From Acidimicrobiales bacterium (GTDB lineage: Bacteria; Actinomycetota; Acidimicrobiia; Acidimicrobiales; SZUA-35), in assembly GCA_037969565.1 (NCBI GenBank), contig JBBKXQ010000020.1, forward strand, positions 19,180-83,179: a stretch of 64,000 nucleotides of DNA, read 5' to 3'. The position numbers were made by a program, and so were the translations under genes. Positions within the stretch are counted from its first letter, which is position 1. Each line of letters opens with the position of its first letter. This document shows positions 38,024 through 48,170 of the stretch, one piece after another. Under the pieces are notes generated by a model that saw only the letters and a list, made by a program, of their open reading frames with translations, was not told where the DNA came from and made no database searches.

Positions 38024-39658
38024 ATGCCATCCGTCGCCCAGCTCATGATCGAGGCTCTCCGAGACCTCGGCATCGATCAACTCTTCTGCCTGCCCGGAAT
38101 CCAGAACGACGATTTCTTCAACGCGCTCGTCGACGCACGAGACATCACACCGATCGTGGCTCGACACGAGCAAGGCGCGGCCTACATGGCGTTGGGCGCC
38201 TCGCAGATCACCGGCAAACCGGCCGCCTTTGCCGTGGTGCCCGGCCCCGGGATGTTCAACACCGGGGCGGCTCTCACGAGCGCGTATTGGGCCGGCGGCA
38301 GGGTCCTGGCGATCATCGGGGCCATCCCCGACGAGTTCAAGGGCCGGGGAGTCGGCGTTCTCCACGAACTCCCGGATCAAACGGTTGTCCTCGAACAGGT
38401 GACCAAGCACGCGGCCTATCTCCCCACCGGCGACGGTGCCGTGGAAGGTCTGCAAGCGGCGCTCGCTGCGCTCATGGCGAATGAGGCTCGGCCGGTGAGT
38501 GTCGAGGTGCCCGTCAACACCTGGGCGGCTCCGGCCGATGGACAACTCGAAACGGCCCAGCGCACCGTTCCCACGATCAACGATCGGGCGATCGCCGAGG
38601 CTGCGAAGGCGATCGACGGCTCGGTCCGGCCGCTCATCGTCGTTGGCGGCGGCGCCTACGATGCAGCCGACGAGGTACGGGCGCTCGCCGAGCAACTGCA
38701 GGCCCCCGTGTTCACCCGCCGTCAGGGCCACGGAGTACTCGATGCTCGTCATCCCCTGTGGTGTCCGCTTCCGGTTGGCCGCGAATTCTGGGCCGACGCC
38801 GACGTGGTCATCGGCATCGGCACCCGCATGGAGTTTCCCTTGCTCCATTGGGGCACCGACGACGAGATGAAGGTCATCCAGATCAACATCGACGAAGCCG
38901 AACTCGACCGCCACAACATCGGAACCATCGGAGTCCACGGCGATGCGGCCGAGGTCTGCCACCTCTTGCGGCAGGCCCTCCAATCCGGCCCGAGAGCAGA
39001 CCGATCCGAAGAAGTGTCCGTGGCTCGGGCGACGTTCGACGACGCCACCGCGCACTTTCCTCAGCGCGAGACCCTGCGGGCCATACGCGAGATCCTGCCC
39101 GACGACGGCGTCATCGTCGAAGACGTGACGCAGATGGGGTTTGCCGCCCACCTCTTCTTCGAGTTCCGTCATCCCCGCACGTTCCTCACCACCGGCGCAG
39201 CAGGAACCCTGGGTGCCGGCGTGGCCCACGCCATCGGAGCCCAAGCGGCCGCCCCCGACCGCAGGGTTCTCGGTCTCATCGGAGACGGTGGTTTCCTTTT
39301 CACCGCAACCGAGCTCGCCACGGCAGCGCAGTTCAACATCCCGGTCACGTTGCTGGTCCACGACAATGGCGCCTATGGCAATGTCAAAAGGATCCAGGAA
39401 GAACGATTCGGCCCCGATCGAACCATCGCCTCGACGCTGCAAAATCCCGATTTCGTTGCCTTCGGGCGAAGCTTCGGCATTCACAGCGAACGAGCCGACG
39501 ACCCGGCAACGCTGCGGAAGGCGCTTGCCCGCGCCTTCGAGAGCGGCGCACCTTCGTTGATCGTTTCGACCATGGGCGACGTTGCCAATCCATGGCCCTA
39601 CCTGAGAATGGAACGAAACCGCCCGAGGCCGGAAGCCAAGCGCCCTCCGAGCGGCTGA
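38024..39658 (+). CDS. thiamine-diphosphate-dependent enzyme (acetolactate-synthase-like family)
   Basis: 544 aa. N-terminal PYR domain (VARHEQGAAYMALG) and TPP motif GDGGFLFTATELATAAQFNIPVTLLVHDNGAYGNV. Confidence 0.88.
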   Translation: MPSVAQLMIEALRDLGIDQLFCLPGIQNDDFFNALVDARDITPIVARHEQGAAYMALGASQITGKPAAFAVVPGPGMFNTGAALTSAYWAGGRVLAIIGAIPDEFKGRGVGVLHELPDQTVVLEQVTKHAAYLPTGDGAVEGLQAALAALMANEARPVSVEVPVNTWAAPADGQLETAQRTVPTINDRAIAEAAKAIDGSVRPLIVVGGGAYDAADEVRALAEQLQAPVFTRRQGHGVLDARHPLWCPLPVGREFWADADVVIGIGTRMEFPLLHWGTDDEMKVIQINIDEAELDRHNIGTIGVHGDAAEVCHLLRQALQSGPRADRSEEVSVARATFDDATAHFPQRETLRAIREILPDDGVIVEDVTQMGFAAHLFFEFRHPRTFLTTGAAGTLGAGVAHAIGAQAAAPDRRVLGLIGDGGFLFTATELATAAQFNIPVTLLVHDNGAYGNVKRIQEERFGPDRTIASTLQNPDFVAFGRSFGIHSERADDPATLRKALARAFESGAPSLIVSTMGDVANPWPYLRMERNRPRPEAKRPPSG

Positions 39659-40779
39659 TGAGCACGGAGCAGCCGTTCCGCTTCTACGACAACCGCCAGA
39701 AGTATCTGACCTTCGTCACCACCTGCGATGAGAAGTGGCGGGTTGCCGAACGGGCAAGCAAGGAGTTGAGCCGCCTCCAGCCCGAACCGCCCGCCCTTCG
39801 ACTCTTCGATGCCGGCGTCGGTGATGGCACCGTGCTGGCTCACCTGCTCCGGGCGATGCACTACCGCTATCCCACGATCCCCTTCTATGTCGTCGGGAAG
39901 GAGATCAGCCTCGAGGATGTGCGGCTCACGCTCGACAAGTTGCCCGATCGATTCGTCGAGCACCCCCAGTCGGTGATCGTGATCACGAATCTCCACTATG
40001 CCGAAGCTCCGTCGCTCACACCCAACACCGAATCCAAACGGCAGGCGATGGTCACCGAGTACGTCGAACTCGAAGGCGATGCGTCGCACAACTTCGGCGA
40101 ACAGCTACGAGACCTCGAGGTCTTTCTCACCCAACACTGGGAGGTCAAGCCGAGCGAGTCCAGTGGTAATCCGCTCTATGTCACTCCCACCGCCTTGGTC
40201 ATCTACCGCAAGGACCAACGGTTCGCCCTCGATGCGGTCATCCCCCGTCCCGACGAGCCTCGGGCCGACTACGACCTCATCATTGCGTCGCAGCCCTGGC
40301 GTTCGCGGACCGACGCCGCCTTCAAGGTGAAGCGAATTCTCGCTCCGCTCAGCCTCAGCCTTCGCAGTCATGGCGTCCTGCTCGGGATCCAATCCCAGGG
40401 CGGCGATCCGGGCCTGGAGATCGTGAGAACGATCTGGCCCGGCGAAGATCCTTTTCCGGTCAATCGTCAGGAGCTTTTGAGGGCCTTGCATCGCGAGCTC
40501 GGCGACGAAGCCATGACCTTCGACCTGGCCGCACTCCCCGAAGACGAGTCGCTCCTGCAGTACTCGATGCACACCCTGCCGACCGAGATCGGCAACAACA
40601 TCGGCACATCCACACTCTTTGCTGCTTGGAACGCAGCGATCTACGTGGCCCAGATCGAGGACCAGCGAGTCGAAGAGGTGGCCAAGATTGGCAGCTACAT
40701 CGATGCCACGTCCGACGTGCTCCATGCCCACGGCGGACTCTGGTTCAACGACGAGACCTTCGTCGTTCGACGGCACTGA
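39658..40779 (+). CDS. hypothetical protein with a methyltransferase-like motif (373 aa)
   Basis: The ATG overlaps the TPP-enzyme stop (TGATG). LRLFDAGVGDGTVL resembles SAM motif I. Family not recognised. Confidence 0.65.
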   Translation: MSTEQPFRFYDNRQKYLTFVTTCDEKWRVAERASKELSRLQPEPPALRLFDAGVGDGTVLAHLLRAMHYRYPTIPFYVVGKEISLEDVRLTLDKLPDRFVEHPQSVIVITNLHYAEAPSLTPNTESKRQAMVTEYVELEGDASHNFGEQLRDLEVFLTQHWEVKPSESSGNPLYVTPTALVIYRKDQRFALDAVIPRPDEPRADYDLIIASQPWRSRTDAAFKVKRILAPLSLSLRSHGVLLGIQSQGGDPGLEIVRTIWPGEDPFPVNRQELLRALHRELGDEAMTFDLAALPEDESLLQYSMHTLPTEIGNNIGTSTLFAAWNAAIYVAQIEDQRVEEVAKIGSYIDATSDVLHAHGGLWFNDETFVVRRH

Positions 40780-40827
40780 GCGGTAGAGCTAGCGTCCGAG
40801 TGAAGAACCCCTCGCCCGGAGCATCCC

Positions 40828-42051
40828 ATGCCTGAAGCCCTGATCATCGACGCTTGCCGCACCCCGAGGGGTATCGGAAAGCAGGGGAAGGGAGCCCTCT
40901 CTCATCTCCACCCTCAACACCTGGCGTCCACCGTGCTGCGGGCCCTCGTCGATCGCAACGGATTCGACACCGCCGACGTCGACGACATCATCTGGGGTAC
41001 GAGTGCCCAAGTGAGCGAACAAAGTGGCGATTTGGGCCGCATGGCAGCACTCGATGCCGGTTACGACACCAAGGCCAGCGGTGTCACGCTCGATCGCTTC
41101 TGTGGTTCGGGCATCACGAGCGTCAACTTCGCGGCCAACGCCGTGATGGCGGGAATGGAAGATCTCGTGATTGCCGGGGGCACAGAAATGATGTCGCTTC
41201 CCAAGCAGGGCACGCTCCCGCTCGGGGCCAACAACCTGCATCTCCAAGAACTGCACCCGCAACCGCACCAAGGGGTGGCCGCCGATGCCATCGCCACACT
41301 CGAAGGAATCTCGCGAGAAACCCTCGATGCCCATGCTGCGGAGTCGCAACGACGAGCTCAGGTCGCAATCGAACAAGGCCGATTCGACAAGAGTTTGATT
41401 CCGGTGTTCAACCTCGATGGTTCACTCGCTCTCGACCACGAAGAGTTTCCCCGGCCGGGCACGACGGTCGAGAAGCTCGCCAAATTGCCGGCCGTCTTCG
41501 GCCAGGTTGCCGACCACCGTCATGCCGAGGACGCCCCCACCTACCGTGAATTGATCGCCCAGAAGTACCCGGACCTCGGGATTCAACACGTCCATCACGC
41601 CGGCAATTCATCGGGGGTCGTCGACGGAGCAGCCGCCATTCTCCTGGCCAGCTCCAGCTACGCCGAGGCGCATGGTCTCCGCGCCCGGGGCCGCATCGTC
41701 GCCACGGCCAACATGGGCGACGATCCCACCTTGATGTTGAATGCTCCCGTGCCCGCCGCTCGCAAGGTGTTGAAGAAGGCCGGGCTCACCGTCGATGACA
41801 TCGACATTTTCGAGATCAACGAAGCGTTCGCTGTCGTATCGGAGAAGTTCATGCGAGACCTCGAGCTCGATCGCAGCAAGGTGAACGTCAACGGGGGGGC
41901 GATGGCGCTCGGCCATCCGATCGGTGCCACCGGCTCGATCCTGATCGGAACCGTGTTGGACGAACTCGAGCGGACCGGCGGCCGATACGGCCTGATCACC
42001 ATGTGTGCCGCCGGCGGTATGGCTCCGGCGATCATCATTGAACGCCTCTGA
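40828..42051 (+). CDS. acetyl-CoA C-acyltransferase (thiolase)
   Basis: 407 aa. Active-site Cys region LDRFCGSGITSV and C-terminal CAAGGMAPAIIIERL. Confidence 0.93.
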   Translation: MPEALIIDACRTPRGIGKQGKGALSHLHPQHLASTVLRALVDRNGFDTADVDDIIWGTSAQVSEQSGDLGRMAALDAGYDTKASGVTLDRFCGSGITSVNFAANAVMAGMEDLVIAGGTEMMSLPKQGTLPLGANNLHLQELHPQPHQGVAADAIATLEGISRETLDAHAAESQRRAQVAIEQGRFDKSLIPVFNLDGSLALDHEEFPRPGTTVEKLAKLPAVFGQVADHRHAEDAPTYRELIAQKYPDLGIQHVHHAGNSSGVVDGAAAILLASSSYAEAHGLRARGRIVATANMGDDPTLMLNAPVPAARKVLKKAGLTVDDIDIFEINEAFAVVSEKFMRDLELDRSKVNVNGGAMALGHPIGATGSILIGTVLDELERTGGRYGLITMCAAGGMAPAIIIERL

Positions 42052-42087
42052 CCGCTCGCTCCACCAGAACCACAAGGGAAACGCTCC

Positions 42088-42936
42088 ATGACCTTTCGCT
42101 TTGCCAACATCGGTGGTCGGAGCGCTCTCCTCGACGATGTCAACCAGTGGTACGACCTCGAACGTGTGACGCACGGCCGGATCGCCGCCGATCCGATGAC
42201 GGCGCTGATCGACGAAGCAGCCCTCCAACAGGCCAACAACGATCTCGTCGATGCCGAACCCGACGGAGCCTTCGTCGATGCTCGGGTTGGACCACCCATA
42301 CCAAGGCCACGAAACTCCTTCGCCGTCGGACTCAACTACCGGTCGCATGCGGCCGAAGCCGAAATGGAACTCCCGGACCAGCCGTTGGTCTTCACGAAAT
42401 TCCCGAGTTGCATCGTCGGCCCCACCGACGACATCGAACTCCGCTCGGATCACGCCGATTACGAAGCCGAACTGGTGGTCGTGATCGGACGTGGGGGTCG
42501 CGACATCAGCGCCGACGATGCCTGGGGCCATGTTCTCGGCCTCACCATCGGACAGGACATCTCGGATCGCCGGCTCCAGTTCGCAGCGAAACCTCCGCAT
42601 TTCGATCTCGGCAAGTCACGAGACACCTATGGTCCGATCGGGCCGGTACTCGTCTCCACCGACAGCTTCGATGACCCGACCGATCTCGAGATCCGCTGCG
42701 CATTGAACGGCAACGTGGTGCAGAACGACCGCACCTCGAATCTGATCTTTTCCGTTGCCCAGATCATCGCATACCTCTCGTCGATCTTGACGCTCGCCAC
42801 CGGCGACTTGATTTTCACCGGCACCCCGGAGGGGGTCGGCTTCGGCAAGAAACCACCTGTGACTCTGCGGCCAGGCGATGAGATCGTCACGACCATTCAC
42901 GGCATCGGTCGGATGACCAATCGGTGCGTCGCCTGA
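42088..42936 (+). CDS. fumarylacetoacetate hydrolase (FAH) family protein
   Basis: 282 aa. LVFTKFPSCIVGP...DYEAELVVVIGRGG...IFTGTPEGVG pattern. Confidence 0.88.
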   Translation: MTFRFANIGGRSALLDDVNQWYDLERVTHGRIAADPMTALIDEAALQQANNDLVDAEPDGAFVDARVGPPIPRPRNSFAVGLNYRSHAAEAEMELPDQPLVFTKFPSCIVGPTDDIELRSDHADYEAELVVVIGRGGRDISADDAWGHVLGLTIGQDISDRRLQFAAKPPHFDLGKSRDTYGPIGPVLVSTDSFDDPTDLEIRCALNGNVVQNDRTSNLIFSVAQIIAYLSSILTLATGDLIFTGTPEGVGFGKKPPVTLRPGDEIVTTIHGIGRMTNRCVA

Positions 42937-43748
42937 TGCCAGCCAGAGACAGCGCCGAGTCTCGTCATCGGGCGACGAATCAGGATCAGTTCGGAAGTAA
43001 CGCGGCAAATTATGCAACGAGCGAGGTACACGCCAAGGGAGCAAGTCTCGCCCGCATGGTCGAACTGGTTGCTCCGGAGCCGACGTGGCACGGACTCGAT
43101 CTCGCAAGTGCGGCCGGGCACACGGCCTTCGCCTTTGCCCCTCACATCCGTTTGATGGTGTCCTCCGATCTCACGCTCGAGATGGTGCGCCTCGCGGCAA
43201 CCCGCTCCGTCGAGCTGGGCCACCACAACGTCGTCACGGCTCAGGTCGATGCCGAACGGCTTCCTTTCTCGGCGAATTCCTTCGATCTCGTCACATCCCG
43301 GATCGCGCCCCACCACTTCCCCGAACCTGCCGCCTTCGTCGAGGAGTCGGCGCGGGTGCTCCGAACCGGCGGCGTCCTCGCGATCGTCGACAACATCGTT
43401 CCCGACGACCTCGATGCTGCTGCTTGGTACAACAGCTGGGAGAAGCGACGAGATCCCAGCCATGCCCGCTGCCTCGGCCTCACCGAATGGTGCGATTTGA
43501 TGGTTGCGTCCGGGCTCGAGGTGCAGACGGTCGAGTCGATGCCCAAACTCATGAGGTTCCAAGCCTGGGTCGACAACATGAGCGTGCCCGACGCCCAGCG
43601 GCCGCTACTGCTCGACGATTTGTTCGATGCCCCGCCGATGGTCAGCGAATTCTTGCTGCCAACGGGCTCGGTGGCGGCCGACGCCACGTTCACGCTCACC
43701 GAAGGGCTGATCATCGCTCGACGGGGACAAATTCTGGACCGAACATGA
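42936..43748 (+). CDS. class I SAM-dependent methyltransferase
   Basis: 270 aa. GLDLASAAGHTA motif I and FDLVTSRIAPHHF. The ATG overlaps the FAH stop (TGATG). Confidence 0.85.
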   Translation: MPARDSAESRHRATNQDQFGSNAANYATSEVHAKGASLARMVELVAPEPTWHGLDLASAAGHTAFAFAPHIRLMVSSDLTLEMVRLAATRSVELGHHNVVTAQVDAERLPFSANSFDLVTSRIAPHHFPEPAAFVEESARVLRTGGVLAIVDNIVPDDLDAAAWYNSWEKRRDPSHARCLGLTEWCDLMVASGLEVQTVESMPKLMRFQAWVDNMSVPDAQRPLLLDDLFDAPPMVSEFLLPTGSVAADATFTLTEGLIIARRGQILDRT

Positions 43749-43767
43749 GTTGTGGGAAGATCGAGCC

Positions 43768-43902
43768 ATGCCCAAGCCCGTGCCCGATAGCCAGCTCGAG
43801 ACGTTCGAACGGGGCTCCTTCGACGTGTCAGAGGCCGAACTCGACCAGGCCGCACACGATCCGGTGATCGACCCCTTCGGCACTCGCTTGCCGGCGGCCT
43901 GA
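43768..43902 (+). CDS. possible small acidic protein (44 aa)
   Basis: ATG with GGGAAGA 7 nt upstream, high GC3, and a stop 3 nt before the epimerase GTG. Not on the ORF track (<60 aa). No homology known to me. Confidence 0.3.
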   Translation: MPKPVPDSQLETFERGSFDVSEAELDQAAHDPVIDPFGTRLPAA

Positions 43903-43905
43903 CCG

Positions 43906-44793
43906 GTGCGAGTCTTCTTCACCGGTGGTAGCGGCAAGGCGGGTCGTCACGCGATCGCCCATCTCGTCGAACAAGGGCACCGAGTGGTCAACGGCGACCT
44001 CGTTCCCCTCGGACACCCAGGTGTCGCCGACCTCCGCATTGATCTGACCGACGCGGGCCAGGTCTTCAACGCGTTGTCGGCCTACGCCGGCTTCGATGAA
44101 CTCGAACCGGGCACCGGCGTCCCGACCTACGACGCCGTAGTTCACTTCGCCGCGATTCCGGCCATCCTCGTCCGACCGGACAACGAGACGTTCCGAGTCA
44201 ACACGCTCAGCACGTACAACGTGATCGACGCCGCGGTGAAGCTCGGAATCCGGAAGGTCATCTTCGCCAGCTCCGAAACGACCTACGGAATCTGCTTCGC
44301 TGACGGCGAGGTCCGGCCCGAGTACGTGCCGATCGACGAGGAGCATCCGACGATCCCCCAGGACAGCTACGCGATGTCGAAGGTCGTCAACGAGGCCACG
44401 GCCCGATCATTCCAGGCGCGTACCGGCATCGACATCTACGGCTTGCGGATCAACAACGTGATCGAACCCCACGAATACGAGACGAAGTTCCCTGCGTTCA
44501 TCGCCGATGCTGGCCTCCGTCGTCGCAACATCTTTGCGTACATCGACGCTGACGACCTCGGACACATGGTCGACCGCTGCCTCCACACCGACGGCCTCGG
44601 CTACGAGATCTTCAACGTCGCCAACGACGACACCTCGGTGAGTATCACGAGCGATGAGGTCTACGAACGTTTCTACGCCGGTGTGCCGCTCCGGCGCCCG
44701 ATGGGTCGGCATGAAACGTTCTACGCCAATGCCAAGGCCAAGCGGCTCGTCGGCTTCACGCCCCGCCGATCGTGGCGGGAACAGATCAGCTGA
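43906..44793 (+). CDS. NAD-dependent epimerase/dehydratase family protein
   Basis: 295 aa. N-terminal FFTGGSGKAG Rossmann motif and extended-SDR layout. GTG start. Confidence 0.85.
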   Translation: MRVFFTGGSGKAGRHAIAHLVEQGHRVVNGDLVPLGHPGVADLRIDLTDAGQVFNALSAYAGFDELEPGTGVPTYDAVVHFAAIPAILVRPDNETFRVNTLSTYNVIDAAVKLGIRKVIFASSETTYGICFADGEVRPEYVPIDEEHPTIPQDSYAMSKVVNEATARSFQARTGIDIYGLRINNVIEPHEYETKFPAFIADAGLRRRNIFAYIDADDLGHMVDRCLHTDGLGYEIFNVANDDTSVSITSDEVYERFYAGVPLRRPMGRHETFYANAKAKRLVGFTPRRSWREQIS

Positions 44794-44822
44794 AACTGGC
44801 TACCCGCGTTGCGGTCGCGGGG

Positions 44823-45576
44823 TCAGGGTTTGCGCCAGACGGACACGTGCGATCGCGAATCGGCGTCGAATGGTGAGCGGAGCCAATCAGCCCACCGCGA
44901 CTCGAGCCTCAAACCGGCCAGTTGGCCCATGAGGTCGAGCTCCGACGGCCAGACATACCGGAAGGCCCCCGACACACGGCGGACCCGGTCGCCGTCGATG
45001 AAGTAGTGGTGGGACACCGAGATCTGATCGACCGGATTCATGTACTCGTCGAACCCGAGATGATGGGGCGACACGTCGAACGGACGGATCGTCTCTCCCG
45101 GCGGTAGCTGTTGCAGCTGTGGGACGCCGTTCTCCACGAGGAAGCAGCCGCCCGACCGCAGGTGCCTCGCTGCGTTCCGGAAACACTCGACCTGCTGTGC
45201 CTGTGTCCGGAGATTGGTGATCGTGTTGAACACGAGGTAGACCAACGCAGCATCCGAGCAGACACTGGCCGAGGTCATGTCGCCGATGGTGACCGCAACG
45301 CGATCAGCGCCAGGCTTCTTCCGCAACTCGGACACCATCGGTTCGGAAAAGTCGATACCGAGCACCGTGACACCCCGCTCCGCGAGGGGTAGGGCGAGAC
45401 GGCCGGTACCGACGGCGAACTCCACCGCCTTCTCCCCTCCCGCCAGCGCGACGAAGATCCACGGCGGGTTGGACCTCCTCGTCGGCGAACTTCCCGACAC
45501 CGGCCTGGTCATAGGCGGACGCCACGCTGGGGTCGAGGTGTTGGTCCGGCGCTGACAGCTGATCAGGATTCTCCAC
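44823..45576 (-). pseudogene. class I SAM-dependent methyltransferase disrupted by a frameshift near 45455-45465
   Basis: The N-terminus (VENPDQ...SAYDQAGVGKFADEEVQPAVD) is in the frame of track ORF 45304-45576. The remainder (ALAGGEKAVEFAVGTGRLALPLAERG...) is in the frame of ORF 44823-45707. The two frames differ by +1. Confidence 0.65.
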
Positions 45577-45675
45577 GCCGACAACTCTGGCAGGAATGAG
45601 CGGCCATCTTCTCGAATTGCGATCGGGTCCTGGATGAAGGCGGGTCTGGTCAGAGCGACAGGCGACCCTTCGACC

Positions 45676-46800
45676 TCAGATTGCGTTGAGCAACTCCGGC
45701 GATGCACCTGTCGATGGTTCTGGCGTTGGTTTCCTCGGTCGGAGGCCCAGCGCGATTCGTCCGAGTCGGAAGCGAATGAGCACCAACTCGAAAACGATCG
45801 GGACCGACACGCCGAAGATCAGTTTCATCGCGAGCATCCCGGGAGTACCCAACGAGAGGATCTCGCTGACACTCTTTCCAACCGACAGTCCATAGAAGTG
45901 AAACAGGTAAATGGTCATGGAGAAGCCGCCCACACGGGCGATCCAGGCCTGCTGCTTGCCGAGTCGGAGCAGGAGGGTTGCGGTGGCGATTCCACCGACC
46001 GTTGCCAGGATGCCGTGCCGTCCCAACGGCAGATCCAGCAGACCATTGAGCGAAAGACTTTGCGCTCCGAGTGATACCACCGCAGCGGTCGTCGCGATCA
46101 TGAATGCGGTCGATGCCTGGTGCCAGCCGAATCGGCGGCATCCGAGACCGTAGAGGAAGTAGGGCAAAAGATAGGCCGAGTTGGCGATCGGTATCCAGGC
46201 GTTGACTGAACCGGGCACAACGAGGGCAACGGCGAACGAGACGGAGATTGCGACCACCAGGGCTGCTGCAACCCGGCCGCTCGTTCCCAACACACCTCGA
46301 GCGTCGATCACGCCAACAATTGCGAACACGACCATGATCGCCGGCAGGTACCACAGGTGCTGTGCCCCGACCAGGATGTGTCCGACCACATTCCAGCCCT
46401 CGACCGTCACTTCTCCCCTACCCACCGACCAGCTGAGGCCAAGGAGCAATGTCGTTGCTACGAGATATGGAACCAGCACCCGTCGCGCTTTGCCGACGGC
46501 AAAGGATCCGATTCGATCCGACGTCACGGGACGCATGGCGTAGACGAAGCCGGAGATCACGGTGAACAGCGGCATCCGCACGAACCGAAGCGACTCGGCC
46601 ATGTAGCCGTACACGTCGAGGTCTGCGGTGACGCTCGGCCCAGAGGGGAGGTCAGCGACGGCGTGATACGCGACGACGAGGACGATCGCGAGGCCGCGCA
46701 ACGTCTCGATGGACCCATCGCGCCCCGAGGGCGTCGTCGGGGCGGCTCCTGGCGCGGAACGGGCCGCAGAAGCCGTGAACGGTGGTCTCGTTTGCTTCAA
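45676..46800 (-). CDS. acyltransferase family 3 membrane protein
   Basis: 374-aa polytopic protein with the N-terminal IETLRGLAIVLVVAYH motif. TTG start is uncertain. Confidence 0.8.
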   Translation of the reverse strand: MKQTRPPFTASAARSAPGAAPTTPSGRDGSIETLRGLAIVLVVAYHAVADLPSGPSVTADLDVYGYMAESLRFVRMPLFTVISGFVYAMRPVTSDRIGSFAVGKARRVLVPYLVATTLLLGLSWSVGRGEVTVEGWNVVGHILVGAQHLWYLPAIMVVFAIVGVIDARGVLGTSGRVAAALVVAISVSFAVALVVPGSVNAWIPIANSAYLLPYFLYGLGCRRFGWHQASTAFMIATTAAVVSLGAQSLSLNGLLDLPLGRHGILATVGGIATATLLLRLGKQQAWIARVGGFSMTIYLFHFYGLSVGKSVSEILSLGTPGMLAMKLIFGVSVPIVFELVLIRFRLGRIALGLRPRKPTPEPSTGASPELLNAI

Positions 46801-47063
46801 TCGCTGCTGCTACTCATGAATGCGACACAGCGCCAGTCTCGCTCGTGCCGGGCCTCGGGCCGATGAGCAGATATGGAACCGGTCGGGCAAAAGGCCCACA
46901 AGAACGCAGTGGAAAGACCCTCTTGTCGATGCGTGCACTGATCCGAGATTTCGATCGTGTGAGAGTACCGCCGGTGCGAGGTCTACCCCCAACCGCGGCG
47001 ACCGAGCACGAGATGCCAGCACTCGGCCCCTGAGTCGCAAGGATTCGACGGTGCTCGCTTACG

Positions 47064-48044
47064 ATGTGGCGAACCTCCTTCATCCGTCTGGACCAAATCG
47101 TGATTGCTTTTCCTCTGACCGGGATCGTTCTCGGTGTCCTCGGCTACTTCGTCTTCCCCGGCCGCCTTTTCGACCTCCTGAGCATGGCCGCCCGGCGGGT
47201 TGTCGGCTTGGAGAAGAAGACGGTCGTCGTCGACGGCATCGCCTGGACCTATCTCGAGGGCGGGCGAGCCGACGGCGAGACCGTCGTGCTTTTGCACGGA
47301 TTCGGAGCGGACAAGGACAACTGGCTCCAATGGTCGTGGTACCTCAGAAAAACTCACCATCTGATCTGCCCCGACCTGCCCGGCTTCGGCGAGAGCGCCA
47401 CCGACCCGGCCGGCGACTACCACACATCCACGCAGGCCGAACGACTTCATCGATTCCTCGAAGCGTTGGCGGTCGAGCAATGCCATCTCGTTGGGAACTC
47501 GATGGGCGGGATGATCGCGTTGCGGTACGCGCTGGTCCATCCCGACTCGCTGTCGACGATGACGCTCATCGATGCCGCAGGGCTCAGCACCACACACGAG
47601 AATGCGTTCCAGCTCGCCACCCAAAGGGGTGAGAGGCAGTTGGTGATACGTCGACCCGAAGACATCGACCAACTTCTTGCGCTGGCGATGCACAAACCCC
47701 CTCCGGCCCCGGCTCGCTTCAAGCGAGTGATGTTCGAGCGGGCCAAGAAACAGGAGCAACACCTGGACGCCGTCTTCGATGGGTTGAACAACGAACGCCA
47801 GTCACCGTTGGACGACCAACTCGCCCAGATCGCCACGCCGACGCTGATCATCTGGGGCCGACAAGATCAGCTTCTCGACGTCTCGAGTGCCGAGGTTCTG
47901 GCCAACGGCCTGCCGAACAACCGCTGCGAGATCATGGAAGAAACCGGGCACGTGCCGATGATGGAGCGACCCAAGGCGTCCGCCCGGATGCAGCTCGATT
48001 TCATGCGCAACAGCCGAGCAAGCCTCGCCGGAGCGATCGACTGA
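47064..48044 (+). CDS. alpha/beta hydrolase
   Basis: 326 aa. HGFGADKDNW and nucleophile elbow GNSMGG. N-terminal TM segment. Confidence 0.88.
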   Translation: MWRTSFIRLDQIVIAFPLTGIVLGVLGYFVFPGRLFDLLSMAARRVVGLEKKTVVVDGIAWTYLEGGRADGETVVLLHGFGADKDNWLQWSWYLRKTHHLICPDLPGFGESATDPAGDYHTSTQAERLHRFLEALAVEQCHLVGNSMGGMIALRYALVHPDSLSTMTLIDAAGLSTTHENAFQLATQRGERQLVIRRPEDIDQLLALAMHKPPPAPARFKRVMFERAKKQEQHLDAVFDGLNNERQSPLDDQLAQIATPTLIIWGRQDQLLDVSSAEVLANGLPNNRCEIMEETGHVPMMERPKASARMQLDFMRNSRASLAGAID

Positions 48045-48098
48045 AAGCGATTCTTCCGACGGCATCCGGGAGCGGTCGAGACATTGGAACGAATTTTG

Positions 48099-48170
48099 TG
48101 CCCTCGGCAGGATTCGAACCTGCGCTCACGCCTCCGGAGGGCGATGCTCTATCCCCTGAGCTACGAGGGC
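48099..48170 (-). tRNA. tRNA-Arg (anticodon CCG)
   Basis: Hand-folded cloverleaf: acceptor GCCCTCG/CGAGGGC, D arm GCTC-AGGGGATA-GAGC, anticodon loop CT-CCG-GA, T arm GCAGG-TTCGAAT-CCTGC. One T-T mismatch closes the anticodon stem. No encoded CCA. Confidence 0.85.
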
